A DNA stretch of 64,000 bases from an uncultured delta proteobacterium (GCA_963711835.1 CAVQFQ010000021.1:64001-128000), one strand, 5' to 3'. Counted from the first letter of the stretch, positions 1 to 11,232 are shown. The notes: generated by a model not told the origin, from the sequence alone. Made by a program: numbers and translations.

Positions 1-554
1 CGGTCATAGATCAATTGCCAGACGCAGTCCACATCCTTGCTGATTTCGCACTTCCCGTTGGCCGATCCCCCGCAGGGCCCATTCAGGAGACTCTTGGAGC
101 AGCGGGCGATAGGACAAAGGCCGCCGAAATTATGAATCCCGCAGGCCCCGCAGGCCTGGCAGAATTCGGCAAAAACGCCATGCTCCAGAGAACCCCCGAT
201 AAAAGTGGTATTGAGGCCGGGAAAGACCATCTTGTCCATATAGCGGCCGGCGATGTATTGGGGACCGACGCTGCAGGCGATGGAGATAACGGCATCCCGA
301 TCCTTGAGCGGCCCTTCGAGTTGGTCGATGTATTCGGGGTCGCATTGACGTTCCAGAGTGATCTCCTGGACATCGGCTTCCTGGCCATCCTTTTTTCGGG
401 CGATCCGAAGCTCGGAAGCCAGTATTTCCACTTCCTTCTTTCCTCCGGCATTGCAGACCGTCACGCAACCCTTGCATCCGGCCACCAGGATTTTTTTATA
501 CGGTTCCAGCATGGCCAGGATTTCGCTTAGGGGTTTTCTTTCCGCTACTACCAT
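1..554 (-). CDS. metV: MetV-like methylene-THF reductase small subunit (MTHFR C-terminal domain protein), runs off window edge
   Basis: Not in ORF track (no stop in window). Manual translation from ATG 554: MVVAERKPLSEIL...GCKGCVTVC...RQCD...CQACGACGIHNFGGLCPIARCSKSLLNGPCGGSANGKCEISKDVDCVWQLIYD, the typical MetV Cys pattern; lies downstream of hdrL-mvhD. Confidence 0.88.
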   Translation of the reverse strand, partial: MVVAERKPLSEILAMLEPYKKILVAGCKGCVTVCNAGGKKEVEILASELRIARKKDGQEADVQEITLERQCDPEYIDQLEGPLKDRDAVISIACSVGPQYIAGRYMDKMVFPGLNTTFIGGSLEHGVFAEFCQACGACGIHNFGGLCPIARCSKSLLNGPCGGSANGKCEISKDVDCVWQLIYD

Positions 555-571
555 CGTTCTTCCTCCATCTT

Positions 572-653
572 CTGGATACTGGATGCTGGATACTGGATGT
601 TAAAACTTTTTTGTTTCTTGTTTACCAGTATCAAGTATCCAGCATCGAGTATC
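572..653. repeat. Intergenic inverted pair of heptamer tandem repeats (TGGATAC/TGGATGC ... AGTATC/AGCATC)
   Basis: tggatactggatgctggatactggatg followed by ccagtatcaagtatccagcatcgagtatc; same family at 10270-10370, 52467-52533, 53865-53925. Confidence 0.85.
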
Positions 654-667
654 GTTATTATCATTTT

Positions 668-1096
668 TCAGGCCGCCTTGGCTGCCGGTCTTATGGGGCT
701 GGGCCCCAAGGCCCGGATCTTTTCGGTCATTTCCCGGGCGATTTCAGCGAAGCGCGGTCCCTGGGCGGCCGAAAGGTTGTACATGGCCACCCGGTCCTCT
801 TCGATTCCCAGGTCTTTGAGTATCTTTTTTACGGCCTCCACGCGTTTGCGGGCCTTGATATTTCCGTTAAGATAGTGGCAGTCGCCTTCCAGACAACCGG
901 CCACATAGACCCCGTCGGCCCCGTCTTCAATGGCCTTCAGCAGGTGGATGACATCCACCCGGCCGGTGCAGGGCATCATAATCACCCGGACATTGGTCGG
1001 GTATTGCAGTCGCATGGAACCTGCCAGGTCCGCAGCGCTGTAGGCTCAGTACTGGCAGCAAAAGGCGACGATTTTGGGTTCGAATTGTTCTGTCAT
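668..1096 (-). CDS. mvhD: MvhD hydrogenase iron-sulfur subunit, selenoprotein (UGA at 1048-1046)
   Basis: ATG 1096 after AGGAG; [35 protein letters not shown]..., read-through joins two track ORFs; UGA aligns with the Cys of CNWC in the paralog at 47609; hairpin GGACCTGGCAGGTTCC at 1016-1031. Confidence 0.92.
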
Positions 1097-1116
1097 TAAT
1101 AACTCCTTAATAAAAA

Positions 1117-1180
1117 GGGTTCGAGGATTCAAGGATTCAATCCCGCCAAGGCGGGACTGGAACCCTCGACCCCTTGGCCC
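1117..1180. repeat. Octamer-repeat palindromic element (GGATTCAA units around TCCCGCCAAGGCGGGA hairpin)
   Basis: A related inverted copy with the same central hairpin lies at 8775-8825; related element at 47474-47560. Confidence 0.8.
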
Positions 1181-1188
1181 CTGTTTTT

Positions 1189-4100
1189 TTAGGCTGCCTC
1201 CATCAGGGCATCCACCTTGGCGATGACCTGCCTGTCGGTGAAATGCTGCAGGGTGATGGCCTTGCCCGGACATTCGGCCACGCAGACCCCGCAGCCCTGG
1301 CACTTGGAGACGTCGATCTCGGCCGCCCCGCTCTCGCCGATCACCGGTACCTTGAAGGGGCAGGCCCGGACGCAGGTCAGGCAAACCGCGCAGAGATCCG
1401 GGTTGACCACGGCCACCACGCCGCCCACCTGGACGGAGTCTTTGGAGAGCAGGGTCAAGGCCCGTCCTGCGGCCGCCTGGGCCTGGGCGATGCTTTCATC
1501 TATCGGTTTGGGATAGTGAGCCAACCCGCAGAGATAGATGCCTTCGGTGGCAAAGTCCACCGGCCGCAACTTCATGTGGGCCTCCAACAAGAACCCCTCG
1601 CTGTTCAAGGACACCTTATAAGCATCCACCAGTTCTTTGACCGGGTTGGGGATGATGGCCGAGGCCAGGGTCAGAAGATCTGCCGAAAGAAGGATGGGTT
1701 CACCCAGCACATGGTCAATGACCTTCACCGTCACCTTATCCCCGGCTACGTGAACTTCGGGCCTGTTCTCCAGGTCAAAGCGGATAAAGAAAACCCCTTT
1801 GTCCCGGGCCTCGCGGTAAAGATCCTCCCGGACCCCAAAGGTCCGGATGTCCCGGTAGATGATATAGATATCGATTTCCGGGTTCAGCTTCTTCAAAGCC
1901 AGAGCGCTCTCCACGCTGTGGGTGCAGCAGACCTTGCTGCAATAGGGGCGCTCCGGTTCTCGAGAACCCACGCATTGTATAAAAACCGCGGTCTGGGCTT
2001 TGCTCACCCGGGGGTCTTGGGCGGTAATAGCCTGATCCAACTCCAGGGCGGTCAGAATCCGTGGATCCTGCCCATAACCGTAGACATCGGGTTTCCATTC
2101 CTGGGCCCCGGTGGCCAGTATGGCCACCCCATGCTCGAATTGCTGGGTTTGACCGCCCTGATTCAGGGTGGTGGTGTAATTCCCTACAAAACCCGAACCA
2201 TGCTCCACCACGGTGTTGTAAAGGACCTGGATCTTCGGATGACTGCTAACCCTGGCGATCAGGTCCCAGACATGGGCCTGGATATCTTCCCCCTTCCAGG
2301 TCTGGCGGAGCTTAAGGGCGTTGCCACCCAGGGTATCGGTTTTTTCGACCAATTTAACCTCATAGCCCTGCTGAGCCAGGTTAAGCGCCCCGGTCATCCC
2401 GGCGACCCCGCCGCCGACCACCAGGGCCGTTTTCTTCAACCCGAAGGAGACCTTGTGCAGGGGCTCCAGCAGGGAAACCCGGGCCACGGCCATCCTCACC
2501 AGATCCTTGGCCTTCCCGGTAGCCGCAACCGGATCACCCTGGTGAACCCAGGTGTCCTGGTCCCGGATATTGGCCATATCAAAAAGGTAGGTATTTAAAC
2601 CAACCTCCCGGATGGTCTGCTGAAAGAGGGGTTCATGGGTCCGGGGCGAACAGGAGGCCACCACCACCCGGTTGATCCCTTTTTCCTGAATGACCTCTTT
2701 CATCTTCTCTTGGGTATCCTGAGAACAGGTGAACAGGTTATCCTCCACATGAACCACATGGGGCAGGGTTTTGGCATACTCCCTGACCGCCGGCACATCG
2801 GCTACCCCGCCGATATTGATACCGCAGTTACAGACAAAGACCCCCACCTTAATGTCTTCTCCAGCGAAGTCTTTTTCAGGGGGGAGGTCCTGGAAGCGGA
2901 TAAGCTGATTGCGGCTCTCGGCAATGCCTTCCGAAGCGGCACAAGCGGCGGCTGAAGCCTCCATCACGGCCTGGGGAATGTCCTTGGGACCGTTAAAGGC
3001 ACCGCAGGTGAAAATGCCCGGCTTTTTAGTGGCTACCGGGGTAAAGCTGCTGACCTGGGCAAATTGGTTTTTATCCAAAGGAATCCCAAGTTTTTCGGCC
3101 AGATCAAGGGCTTCCGGGGAGGTCTCCAATCCTACCGAAAGGACGACCAGATCAAATTCTTCCTGAATCACTTCCCCTTTTTCCGTAACATACTGGATCA
3201 GGAGATTATCGCTTTCGTGGATCGGATCAATGGAATGGATCCGGGACCTGATAAAACGAACCCCCCGCTCTTCCTCGGCCCGGTTATAGTACTTTTCAAA
3301 ATCCTTGCCGTAGGTCCTCATATCCATAAAAAAGATGGCCGTATCCAGGGGATGGGCGCTGTGTTCCTTGGCGATCACCGCCTCTTTGATGGCGTACATA
3401 CAGCAAACCGCCGAACAATAGCCGTGGTCGCAATGGTTGATATCGCGCGATCCGACGCACTGCAGCCAGGCGATCTTTTCCGGCTCCTTATGATCGGAGG
3501 GTCGGATCAGATGCCCCTCGTAAGGACCGGAGGCGGAAAGGATTCGCTCGAATTCCATGCTGGTCACCACATTGGGATGATGGGCATAGCTATAGGCGTC
3601 ATAGAGGGTCGGGTCAAAAGGCTGGAACCCCGGCGCCATAACGATGGATCCCACGTCGATAACCCGTTCCTGGGGACGCATCTCGTGGACCACCGCCTCG
3701 GCCAGACAGGCCTTGACGCACTGATAGCATTCGGAACAAATACCGCATTTCAGACACCGTTCGGCTTCGCTCAAAGACGTTTCTTCGTTGAAGCCCTGGG
3801 CGACTTCCCGGAAGTTTCCTTCCCGGGCGGCCGGGGCAATTTTTTCGATCGCCATCCGGGGCTTTGTCAGGACCCCTTCCGTAGGAGGTTTTTCATAGGA
3901 CCAATCTTCTTCCCGCCCGGCCTTCAGATCGATCCCGTTGAGATACCTTCGGATGCTTTCAGCCGCCTTCTTGCCGCTTTCCACGGCTTCGACCACCGAC
4001 TTGGGTCCGTAAAAAACATCGCCGCCGCAAAATACCCCCGGAATGGAGGTTTCCAGGGAAACGGGATCGCCCTGGAGTCCCCCTCTGGGGGTCACGGATA

Positions 4101-5616
4101 TCCCCTGCCCATCGGCAAAGGCAAGATCGGCCGCCTGGCCAATGGCGACAATAACCGTATCTCCGGTGATAGTGGTCAGGTCGGCTTCATCATAGGTCGG
4201 CCGGAAGGCCCTCTGGGCGTCGAAGACGGCCGTGCAACGTTTGAATTCAATGCCGGAGACGCGGCCGCCCTCCTGGAGGAATTGTTTCGGGCCCAGGCTG
4301 TTGACAATCCGAATCCCCTCTTCCAGGGCCTCTTCAATTTCATAATCCCAGGCCGGCATTTCCTTCCGTTTTTCCAGGCAAATCAGGGTGACTTCCTCCG
4401 CCCCTTTCCGCTTGGCGGTCAGGGCCACATCCACGGCCACGTTACCGCCGCCGATGACCAGGACTTTTTTACCTAAGACAACCGGGTTCCCCAGGGCCGA
4501 GTCCTTGAGATATTCCACCCCTTTGAGCACGCCGGGAAAATCTTCGCCCGGCACATTCAAGCCCCGGCTGACATGGAGGCCGGTAGCCAGGAAGACGGCC
4601 TGGAAGCCGTCGCTCTTCAACGAATCCAGGGTAATATCCTGTCCGAAAGTGACCCCGGTCTTGATCTCCACCCCGAGGGCCTCGATCGTTTGAATCTCCG
4701 CCAGGAGAATGTCCCGGGGCAGGCGATATTCGGGTATGCCGACCGCCATCATGCCGCCGGCGACCGGAAGTTTTTCATAGACCGTTACCGGGTAGCCCTC
4801 CTGGGCCAGGAAATAAGCGGCCCCCAATCCGGCCGGACCGGAACCGACGACGGCGATTTTTTCCGCCTTAGGTTCCTTCATTTTAGGCACATAGCGGTCT
4901 GCCCGGGCCAGGTCCTCATCGGCCAGGAATCGGTGCAGAACCTGGATGGCCAGGGGTTGATCCACATCCCCCCGGGTGCAGATCCCCTCGCAGGGATGGT
5001 GGCAGACCCGGCCGCAAATGCCGGGGAAGGGATGAGCCTCTTTGAAAAGAGCCAGGGCCTCCTGATATTTTTTCTGATTAATAAGGGCGATAAATCCCTG
5101 GACGCTGACATGGGCCGGGCAGGTGGCCTTACAGGGGGCCGTGCCCCGTTTCTCTATGGCATAGGCGCTGGGCATGGCCTGGGGATAAAACTTATAAGCG
5201 GCTCGCCGGCTTCGGAGGCCCATATCGAACAGATTGGACACCTCGATCGGGCAGGCCTTGGCGCATTCCCCACAGGCCGTACACTTGGCCGGATCAATAT
5301 ATCTGGGATGTTCCAGGATCTTGACCTGGAAATTTCCCGGCTGGCCGCTGACGCCCTCGACTTCCGTCAGGGTCAGCAATTCGATATTAAGGTGCCGTCC
5401 GGCTTCCACCAATTTGGGCGAAATAATGCACATGGAGCAGTCGTTGGTGGGGAAGGTCTTGTCTAATTGGGCCATCACCCCACCGATGGCCGACTTCTTT
5501 TCCACCAGGTAGACATAAAAACCGGAATTGGCCAAATCCAAGGCCGTTTGGATTCCGGCAATCCCGGCCCCGACCACCATCACCGATCCTACTTTTTTAT
5601 CTTTGGTTTCTGACAT
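1189..5616 (-). CDS. hdrL: HdrL-type large heterodisulfide reductase A-like flavoprotein (HdrA modules plus inserted GltD-like NAD(P)H/FAD module), Cys form
   Basis: 1475 aa; [21 protein letters not shown], two QCVGSR motifs, GSGPAGL/GGGNVA module, several CxxCxxCxxxC ferredoxin motifs. Confidence 0.9.
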   Translation of the reverse strand: MSETKDKKVGSVMVVGAGIAGIQTALDLANSGFYVYLVEKKSAIGGVMAQLDKTFPTNDCSMCIISPKLVEAGRHLNIELLTLTEVEGVSGQPGNFQVKILEHPRYIDPAKCTACGECAKACPIEVSNLFDMGLRSRRAAYKFYPQAMPSAYAIEKRGTAPCKATCPAHVSVQGFIALINQKKYQEALALFKEAHPFPGICGRVCHHPCEGICTRGDVDQPLAIQVLHRFLADEDLARADRYVPKMKEPKAEKIAVVGSGPAGLGAAYFLAQEGYPVTVYEKLPVAGGMMAVGIPEYRLPRDILLAEIQTIEALGVEIKTGVTFGQDITLDSLKSDGFQAVFLATGLHVSRGLNVPGEDFPGVLKGVEYLKDSALGNPVVLGKKVLVIGGGNVAVDVALTAKRKGAEEVTLICLEKRKEMPAWDYEIEEALEEGIRIVNSLGPKQFLQEGGRVSGIEFKRCTAVFDAQRAFRPTYDEADLTTITGDTVIVAIGQAADLAFADGQGISVTPRGGLQGDPVSLETSIPGVFCGGDVFYGPKSVVEAVESGKKAAESIRRYLNGIDLKAGREEDWSYEKPPTEGVLTKPRMAIEKIAPAAREGNFREVAQGFNEETSLSEAERCLKCGICSECYQCVKACLAEAVVHEMRPQERVIDVGSIVMAPGFQPFDPTLYDAYSYAHHPNVVTSMEFERILSASGPYEGHLIRPSDHKEPEKIAWLQCVGSRDINHCDHGYCSAVCCMYAIKEAVIAKEHSAHPLDTAIFFMDMRTYGKDFEKYYNRAEEERGVRFIRSRIHSIDPIHESDNLLIQYVTEKGEVIQEEFDLVVLSVGLETSPEALDLAEKLGIPLDKNQFAQVSSFTPVATKKPGIFTCGAFNGPKDIPQAVMEASAAACAASEGIAESRNQLIRFQDLPPEKDFAGEDIKVGVFVCNCGINIGGVADVPAVREYAKTLPHVVHVEDNLFTCSQDTQEKMKEVIQEKGINRVVVASCSPRTHEPLFQQTIREVGLNTYLFDMANIRDQDTWVHQGDPVAATGKAKDLVRMAVARVSLLEPLHKVSFGLKKTALVVGGGVAGMTGALNLAQQGYEVKLVEKTDTLGGNALKLRQTWKGEDIQAHVWDLIARVSSHPKIQVLYNTVVEHGSGFVGNYTTTLNQGGQTQQFEHGVAILATGAQEWKPDVYGYGQDPRILTALELDQAITAQDPRVSKAQTAVFIQCVGSREPERPYCSKVCCTHSVESALALKKLNPEIDIYIIYRDIRTFGVREDLYREARDKGVFFIRFDLENRPEVHVAGDKVTVKVIDHVLGEPILLSADLLTLASAIIPNPVKELVDAYKVSLNSEGFLLEAHMKLRPVDFATEGIYLCGLAHYPKPIDESIAQAQAAAGRALTLLSKDSVQVGGVVAVVNPDLCAVCLTCVRACPFKVPVIGESGAAEIDVSKCQGCGVCVAECPGKAITLQHFTDRQVIAKVDALMEAA

Positions 5617-5756
5617 ATTGAAAACCCTTGCTAATGATTCAATTGGTATAGGAATTCCATCGGATTGGTCTCATCCCGCCTAATCACCGCTACGGTCGTC
5701 CATCCGGGATGGTAAAAGATCCGCTTCTGGTCGGGAAGGGAGGACAAGGGAGGGTT

Positions 5757-5801
5757 AAAAAAAACGCCAGTGCCCAGGGATCGGGATCCCCGGGCACTGG
5801 G
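5757..5801 (-). terminator. Rho-independent terminator after fhs
   Basis: CCAGTGCCC...GGGCACTGG stem followed on the minus strand by a T8 run. Confidence 0.75.
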
Positions 5802-5806
5802 CTTAG

Positions 5807-7571
5807 TTAAAAAAGACCCTTGGTCTTCCCGGTTTTAACATCCACGTCGATCCGGCGAAAGGCGGGATCGGAGGAAGTCCCCGGCATCAGGGTGATGGTG
5901 CCGGCCACGGGGCAGAGGAACTTGGCTCCGGAATAGATCAGCACATCCCGGACCGGCAGGGTCCAACCCTTGGGAACGCCCTTCCTGGTCGGGTCATGGG
6001 TGAGGCTCAGGTGGGTCTTGACCATCATGGTGGCATAATCGGCATATTTGGGATTGCCTTCCAGCATTTTGGCCTTGGCTTCTGCTTCAGCAGTCCAGGA
6101 AACACCGTCGGCCCCATAGACTTCCTTGGCCACCTTGGCCACCCGGTCGCGGAGCTTCATTTCCAGGGGATAGAGGAACTTGAACTTAGACTTGTCGTTG
6201 CAGGCATCGATAACCGCATCGGCCAGTTCCAAGGCCCCGTCGCCGCCGTCGGCCCAATGGGTGGACAGGGCGCAGCGGGCGCCGGCTTTTTCGGCGTACT
6301 TCCGCACCATGGCGATTTCATCCTTGGTGTCGGTATGGAAGGCATTGATGCAGACCACCGGGTTCATGCCGGATTTTCGGATGACCTCGATGCAGTGCAC
6401 CATATTGGCTACCCCCTTCTCGACCAGGCCCACGTTTTCCTTGGTATATTCTTCAGGCAGGGCCAGGCCGGCTACGACCTTGGGGCCCCCGCCGTGCATC
6501 TTCAAGGCCCGGATGGTGGTGGTCAGGACCGAGACGTGCGGCTTTAGTCCGCTGTAGCGGCACTTGACATTCCAGAATTTCTCAAACCCGATATCAGCCG
6601 CAAAACCGCTCTCGGTTACGTGATAATCAAACAGCTTCAAACCGACCCGGTCGGCGATAATCGAGGATTGGCCCACGGCGATATTGGCGAAAGGACCGGC
6701 GTGAACCAGGCAGGGCTGGTATTCAGCCGTGCACATCAGGGTCGGGTTAATGGATTGGACCATGAAGGCGGTCATGGCCCCGCCGACCTGAAGGTCGCCG
6801 GTGGTAACCGGGTTGCCTTTCTTGTCGAAGGCGACCGTGATTTCGTCCAGGCGTTTACGCATATCAGCCAGGTCGTTGACAATGGAGAGGATGGCCATGA
6901 CCTCGGAGGAGACGGCGATCCCGAACTTGGACTGCATCATGTAGCCGTCCATCCGGCCGCCGATACCGATGATAATGTTTCGCATGGCCTGGGCGCAGAA
7001 GTCGATGATCCAGCCCATTTCCACCCGGGTAGGATCGATATCCAGCCGCCGCATCCGGGTCAGGCGTTTCAATTGTTCGTCGTTGTAGTTGCGCTCGTGC
7101 TGCATCCGGGCCGTCATGGCCACCATGGCCAGGTTGTGGGCGTTCATAATGTTGTTGATATCGCCGGTGAGGCCCATGGAGAACTCCGTCATCGGTATCA
7201 GCAGGGCGTTCCCGCCGCCGGCCGCCGTTCCTTTGATGTTCATGGTCGGTCCGCCAGAAGGCTGGCGCAAGGCGCCGCCGACATTGACGCCTCGCTTGCC
7301 CAAACCTTCCATAAGTCCGCAGGAGGTGGTGCTTTTCCCTTCTCCCAGGGGGGTGGGGGTAATGGCTGTGACTTCGATATATTTCCCATCCGGCTTGTCT
7401 CTTCAGGCGATCCATGATTTTCATGAAATCCATACGGGCCAGACGGCCGTAAGGGATCAGTTCATCCCGGGTCATTCCCAGCTTTTCCCGCCATTCCTCG
7501 GGACGGGGCATCTTTTTCTCAGCAGCTTCGGAGATCTGCCAGTCCTTCATCTTTACCGCATTGTAGGCCAT
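5807..7571 (-). CDS. fhs: Formate--tetrahydrofolate ligase, with one +1 frameshift near 7400
   Basis: N-terminus [18 protein letters not shown]...DRLK in one frame; removing one base at AAG-A-GAC gives [25 protein letters not shown], continuous with ORF 5807-7312 ([27 protein letters not shown]). Confidence 0.92.
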
Positions 7572-7919
7572 AGAACCCTACCTCCTTATATTTATAATAT
7601 CGCGCTATTTTATCCCTAATAAACTCGCATTATCTATCACAATGGCCCCTGACCGTCAACCTTTAAATTAGGATATTCGGGAAATGTAATCATGGGAAAA
7701 ATTGGGATTCGGACCAAACCTTTTTTTATTAAACCATTTGATTTTCTTAAACCTTCTTCCCGGGGTCCGCTTACCCATTGCTTTTCCGAACCGGGGCCCT
7801 GGCCTGGGTCCAAGAAAATTTTGACAGGATGGATCTTATATGCTAAAAATTTCACGCAACCTCTCTTAGCCTTAGTCGGTCGGGAAACATTAATCTTCAA
7901 AAAATCAAGGAGCGAAACC

Positions 7920-8765
7920 GTGTTCGAAATCTTAGCCAAAGAAGAGCTGGCCCAGGGCACTGTGGTCGGCAATGTCATTAAAGCCCCCCTGATTGCCAAA
8001 AAAGCCAGACCCGGGCAGTTTGTCATCATCAGAGTCAATGAAACCGGGGAACGAATTCCCTTAACCATGGCCGACACGGATCCGGAGGCCGGGACCATTA
8101 CCTTAATTTATCAGGTCGTCGGAAAATCCACGGCCCTGATGAAGAGCCTTAAGGTCGGGGATGGCTACCAGGACATTTGCGGTCCTTTGGGACAACCGAC
8201 CCATCTCGAAAAACTGGGAACCGTCATCTGTGTCGGCGGAGGTACGGGCGTAGCGGTCCTGCACCCCATCACCAAAGGGATGAAGGCCGCCGGAAACCAG
8301 GTCATCGCCATTATCGGAGCCCGGACCAAGGACCTGCTTATCCTTGAGGACAAAATGGGCCAGGCCTCCCATGAGCTGCGGGTTTGCACCGATGACGGCT
8401 CCTATGGCCATCATGGCTTTGTGACCGACGTCCTGAAAGAATACCTGGACAAAAAAGACCCGGTGGCCCTGATTGTGGCCATCGGACCCGTTCCCATGAT
8501 GAAATTTACCTGTAAGCTGACTGCCGCGTATGGGGTTAAGACCCTGGTCAGTTTGAACCCTATCATGGTCGATGGAACCGGGATGTGCGGTTGCTGCCGG
8601 GTTTCGGTCGATGGGGCCACCCGTTTCGCCTGTGTCGACGGACCTGAATTTGACGGTCATAAGGTTAATTTCGATGAATTGATTCAAAGGCAGCGGGCCT
8701 ATCTGGAACAGGAAAAACTCTCCCTGGAAAAATTTCAAGCCCGTCAGTGCCAGTGTCAAGCCTAA
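7920..8765 (+). CDS. nfnA: NfnA/NfnS electron-bifurcating transhydrogenase small subunit
   Basis: GTG 7920 after AAGGAG; KARPGQFVI, GERIPLT, GGGTGVA, MVDGTGMCGCCRV...CVDGPEFD; adjacent to nfnB. Confidence 0.88.
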   Translation: MFEILAKEELAQGTVVGNVIKAPLIAKKARPGQFVIIRVNETGERIPLTMADTDPEAGTITLIYQVVGKSTALMKSLKVGDGYQDICGPLGQPTHLEKLGTVICVGGGTGVAVLHPITKGMKAAGNQVIAIIGARTKDLLILEDKMGQASHELRVCTDDGSYGHHGFVTDVLKEYLDKKDPVALIVAIGPVPMMKFTCKLTAAYGVKTLVSLNPIMVDGTGMCGCCRVSVDGATRFACVDGPEFDGHKVNFDELIQRQRAYLEQEKLSLEKFQARQCQCQA

Positions 8766-8833
8766 GAAAAGCTGGGGTCCGGGGGCCAAGTCCCGCCTTG
8801 ACGGGATTGAATCCTTGAACCCTCCTAAATAGT

Positions 8834-10261
8834 ATGGAGGAAAAGATGACTGAGGAAACCAAGAAAAAAGAGAAGATCCCGAGACAAAAAATGCCCGAAC
8901 AGGAACCGAAGGTCCGGGCCCGAAATTTTGAAGAGGTTCCTTTAGGCTATTCGGCCGAAACGGCCCAATTGGAGGCCGGCCGCTGTTTGCAGTGCAAAAA
9001 ACCGACCTGCATCGAGGGCTGTCCGGTTCAGATCGACATTCCGGCCTTTATTAAAAATATCAAGGAAGGGGATTTCTCCGGGGCGATTATGAAGCTCTGG
9101 GAAAAGACCAGCCTACCGGCCGTCTGCGGCCGGGTCTGTCCCCAGGAAAGCCAGTGCGAAGCCCTCTGCATTTTAGGCAAAAAGGATGAACCGGTGGCCG
9201 TCGGGCGTCTGGAACGGTTCGCCGCCGACTGGCAGCGTCTCAAGGGTGAATTTCAACTTCCGGTTAAGGCCGCCCCGACCGGGAAGAAGGTGGCCGTAAT
9301 CGGGTCCGGTCCCTCCGGACTCACCGTAGCCGGGGACCTGATCCTGAAAGGACATGAGGTAACCATCTTTGAAGCCTTCCATAAAACCGGCGGGGTCTTG
9401 ATCTACGGTATCCCTGAATTCCGCATGCCCAAGGCCATCGTTCAGGCCGAAGTGGATACCCTCGAAAAAATGGGGGCCAAGATCGTCTGTAATGCCGTCA
9501 TCGGCCGAACCCAGACCATCGATGAGCTGATGACCGAGGAAGGTTTTGAAGCCGTCTACATCGGGGTTGGGGCCGGACTTCCGATCTTTATGAATATCCC
9601 CGGTGAAAACCTGATCGGTATTTATTCGGCTAATGAATACCTGACGCGCTCCAACCTGATGAAAGCCTATCGTTTCCCGGAATATGACACCCCGATCGTC
9701 CTGGGAAGGAACGTGGTCGTCCTGGGGGCCGGCAACGTGGCCATGGACTCGGCCCGGACCGCTCTGCGTTTAGGGGCCGAAAACGTAAAAATCGTCTATC
9801 GCCGCTCCCGGGATGAAATGCCGGCCCGGGGTGAAGAGATCCATCATGCCGAACAAGAAGGGGTGGAGATGCATTTGTTGACCAATCCCACCCGCTTCAT
9901 CGGCGACGAGCAGGGCCGGGTAGTGGCCATGGAATGTATCAAAATGGAATTGGGCGAACCCGATGCCTCGGGCCGCCGGCGCCCCATCCCTATTCCGGGT
10001 TCTGAATTTACCATGGAAACCGATCTGGCGGTCATTTCCATCGGAGCCGGGGCCAATCCCCTGATCACCGCAACCACCCCGGGCCTCCAGGTCAACAAGC
10101 GGGGCTATATCCTGGCTGATGAGAAGACGGGTAAAACCTTCAAGAAAGGGGTTTGGGCCGGAGGAGATATCGTTACCGGTTCGGCCACCGTTATCCTGGC
10201 CATGGGGGCCGGTCGCCTGGCCGCCAACTCCATCCACGAATATTTGACCATAGGCTGGTAA
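8834..10261 (+). CDS. nfnB: NfnB/NfnL large subunit (GltD-like NADPH-dependent oxidoreductase)
   Basis: RCLQCKKPTCIEGCPV, CGRVCPQESQCE, GSGPSG, GAGNVAMD, GGDIVTGSATVILAMGAG; downstream of nfnA. Confidence 0.88.
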   Translation: MEEKMTEETKKKEKIPRQKMPEQEPKVRARNFEEVPLGYSAETAQLEAGRCLQCKKPTCIEGCPVQIDIPAFIKNIKEGDFSGAIMKLWEKTSLPAVCGRVCPQESQCEALCILGKKDEPVAVGRLERFAADWQRLKGEFQLPVKAAPTGKKVAVIGSGPSGLTVAGDLILKGHEVTIFEAFHKTGGVLIYGIPEFRMPKAIVQAEVDTLEKMGAKIVCNAVIGRTQTIDELMTEEGFEAVYIGVGAGLPIFMNIPGENLIGIYSANEYLTRSNLMKAYRFPEYDTPIVLGRNVVVLGAGNVAMDSARTALRLGAENVKIVYRRSRDEMPARGEEIHHAEQEGVEMHLLTNPTRFIGDEQGRVVAMECIKMELGEPDASGRRRPIPIPGSEFTMETDLAVISIGAGANPLITATTPGLQVNKRGYILADEKTGKTFKKGVWAGGDIVTGSATVILAMGAGRLAANSIHEYLTIGW

Positions 10262-10373
10262 ATCCCGAAGATACTGGATACTTGATACTGGATATTGGAT
10301 AAAAACTAGTAATCAAGAGCACAGTCCAGCATTAGCATCCAGAAACCAGTATCCAGAAACTAGTATCCAGAAA

Positions 10374-11147
10374 ATGATCGACGTCCAGAGTCAAAAAGAC
10401 TATCGCCGAATCGAGATCGACAAGGTCGGGGTAAAGAACATCCGCTACCCCATCACGGTCCGGGATAAGGAAAACGGCACCCAACAGACCGTGGCCAGCA
10501 TCAACATGTTTGTCAATCTGCCCCATGACCACAAGGGCACCCACATGAGCCGCTTCGTCGAGGTGTTGAGCGAATACCGCCGCCGGATCAGCCTCCAGAA
10601 TTTCAGCGACATCCTCGAGGAGCTCAAACAGCGCCTTAATGCCGAATCGGCCCACATGGAGATTACCTTTCCTTATTTCATCACCAAAAAGGCCCCCGTC
10701 AGCCAGACCGAAGGCCTGATGGAGTATGTCTGCACCTTTAAAGGTTCGGTCAACCACACCAAGGGCCGGGATCTGGTGATCGATTTGAAGATCCCCATTG
10801 CCACCGTCTGCCCCTGCTCCAAAGAGATCAGCCGCTACGGGGCCCACAACCAGCGCGGGGAAGTCCGGGTCAGCCTCCGTTTTAAAAAATTTGTCTGGAT
10901 CGAGGACATCATCCATCTGGTGGAAGAATCCAGTTCCTGCGAGGTCTTCTCGGTTTTAAAACGCAATGATGAAAAATTCGTTACCGAGAAGGGCTATGAG
11001 AATCCCATGTTTGTGGAGGACGTGGTCCGTGAAATCGCCCGGAAATTGGACGCCGATCCCAATATCACCTGGTTTTCGGTCGACTCCGAAAATTTTGAAT
11101 CCATTCACAACCACAGCGCCTACGCCTATATAGAAAGACAAAAATAA
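10374..11147 (+). CDS. folE2: GTP cyclohydrolase FolE2
   Basis: DVQS, IDKVGV, KGTHMSRF, CPCSKEISRYGAHNQR, ESIHNHSAYA. Confidence 0.95.
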   Translation: MIDVQSQKDYRRIEIDKVGVKNIRYPITVRDKENGTQQTVASINMFVNLPHDHKGTHMSRFVEVLSEYRRRISLQNFSDILEELKQRLNAESAHMEITFPYFITKKAPVSQTEGLMEYVCTFKGSVNHTKGRDLVIDLKIPIATVCPCSKEISRYGAHNQRGEVRVSLRFKKFVWIEDIIHLVEESSSCEVFSVLKRNDEKFVTEKGYENPMFVEDVVREIARKLDADPNITWFSVDSENFESIHNHSAYAYIERQK

Positions 11148-11152
11148 GTGTG

Positions 11153-11222
11153 CTCATAGCTCACAGCTTATAGGTTTTAGTTTAAAGCTTTTGCTATCAG
11201 CTATGAGCCATCAGCTATCGGC
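11153..11222. repeat. Inverted pair of heptamer repeats (GCTCATA ... GCTATCA/GCTATGA)
   Basis: ctcatagctcacagcttatag ... gctatcagctatgagccatcagctatc; same unit at 25086-25100 and 25950-25975. Confidence 0.8.
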
Positions 11223-11232
11223 TGGAGTCATC

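Noticed and set aside
1174-5466. Long plus-strand ORFs (474, 470 and 297 aa) and similar antisense ORFs elsewhere
   Set aside because: Shadow ORFs opposite well-supported GC-rich genes, with no recognisable motifs.
8834-10261. Glutamate synthase small subunit
   Set aside because: No gltB is adjacent and the gene is paired with nfnA, which indicates NfnB.
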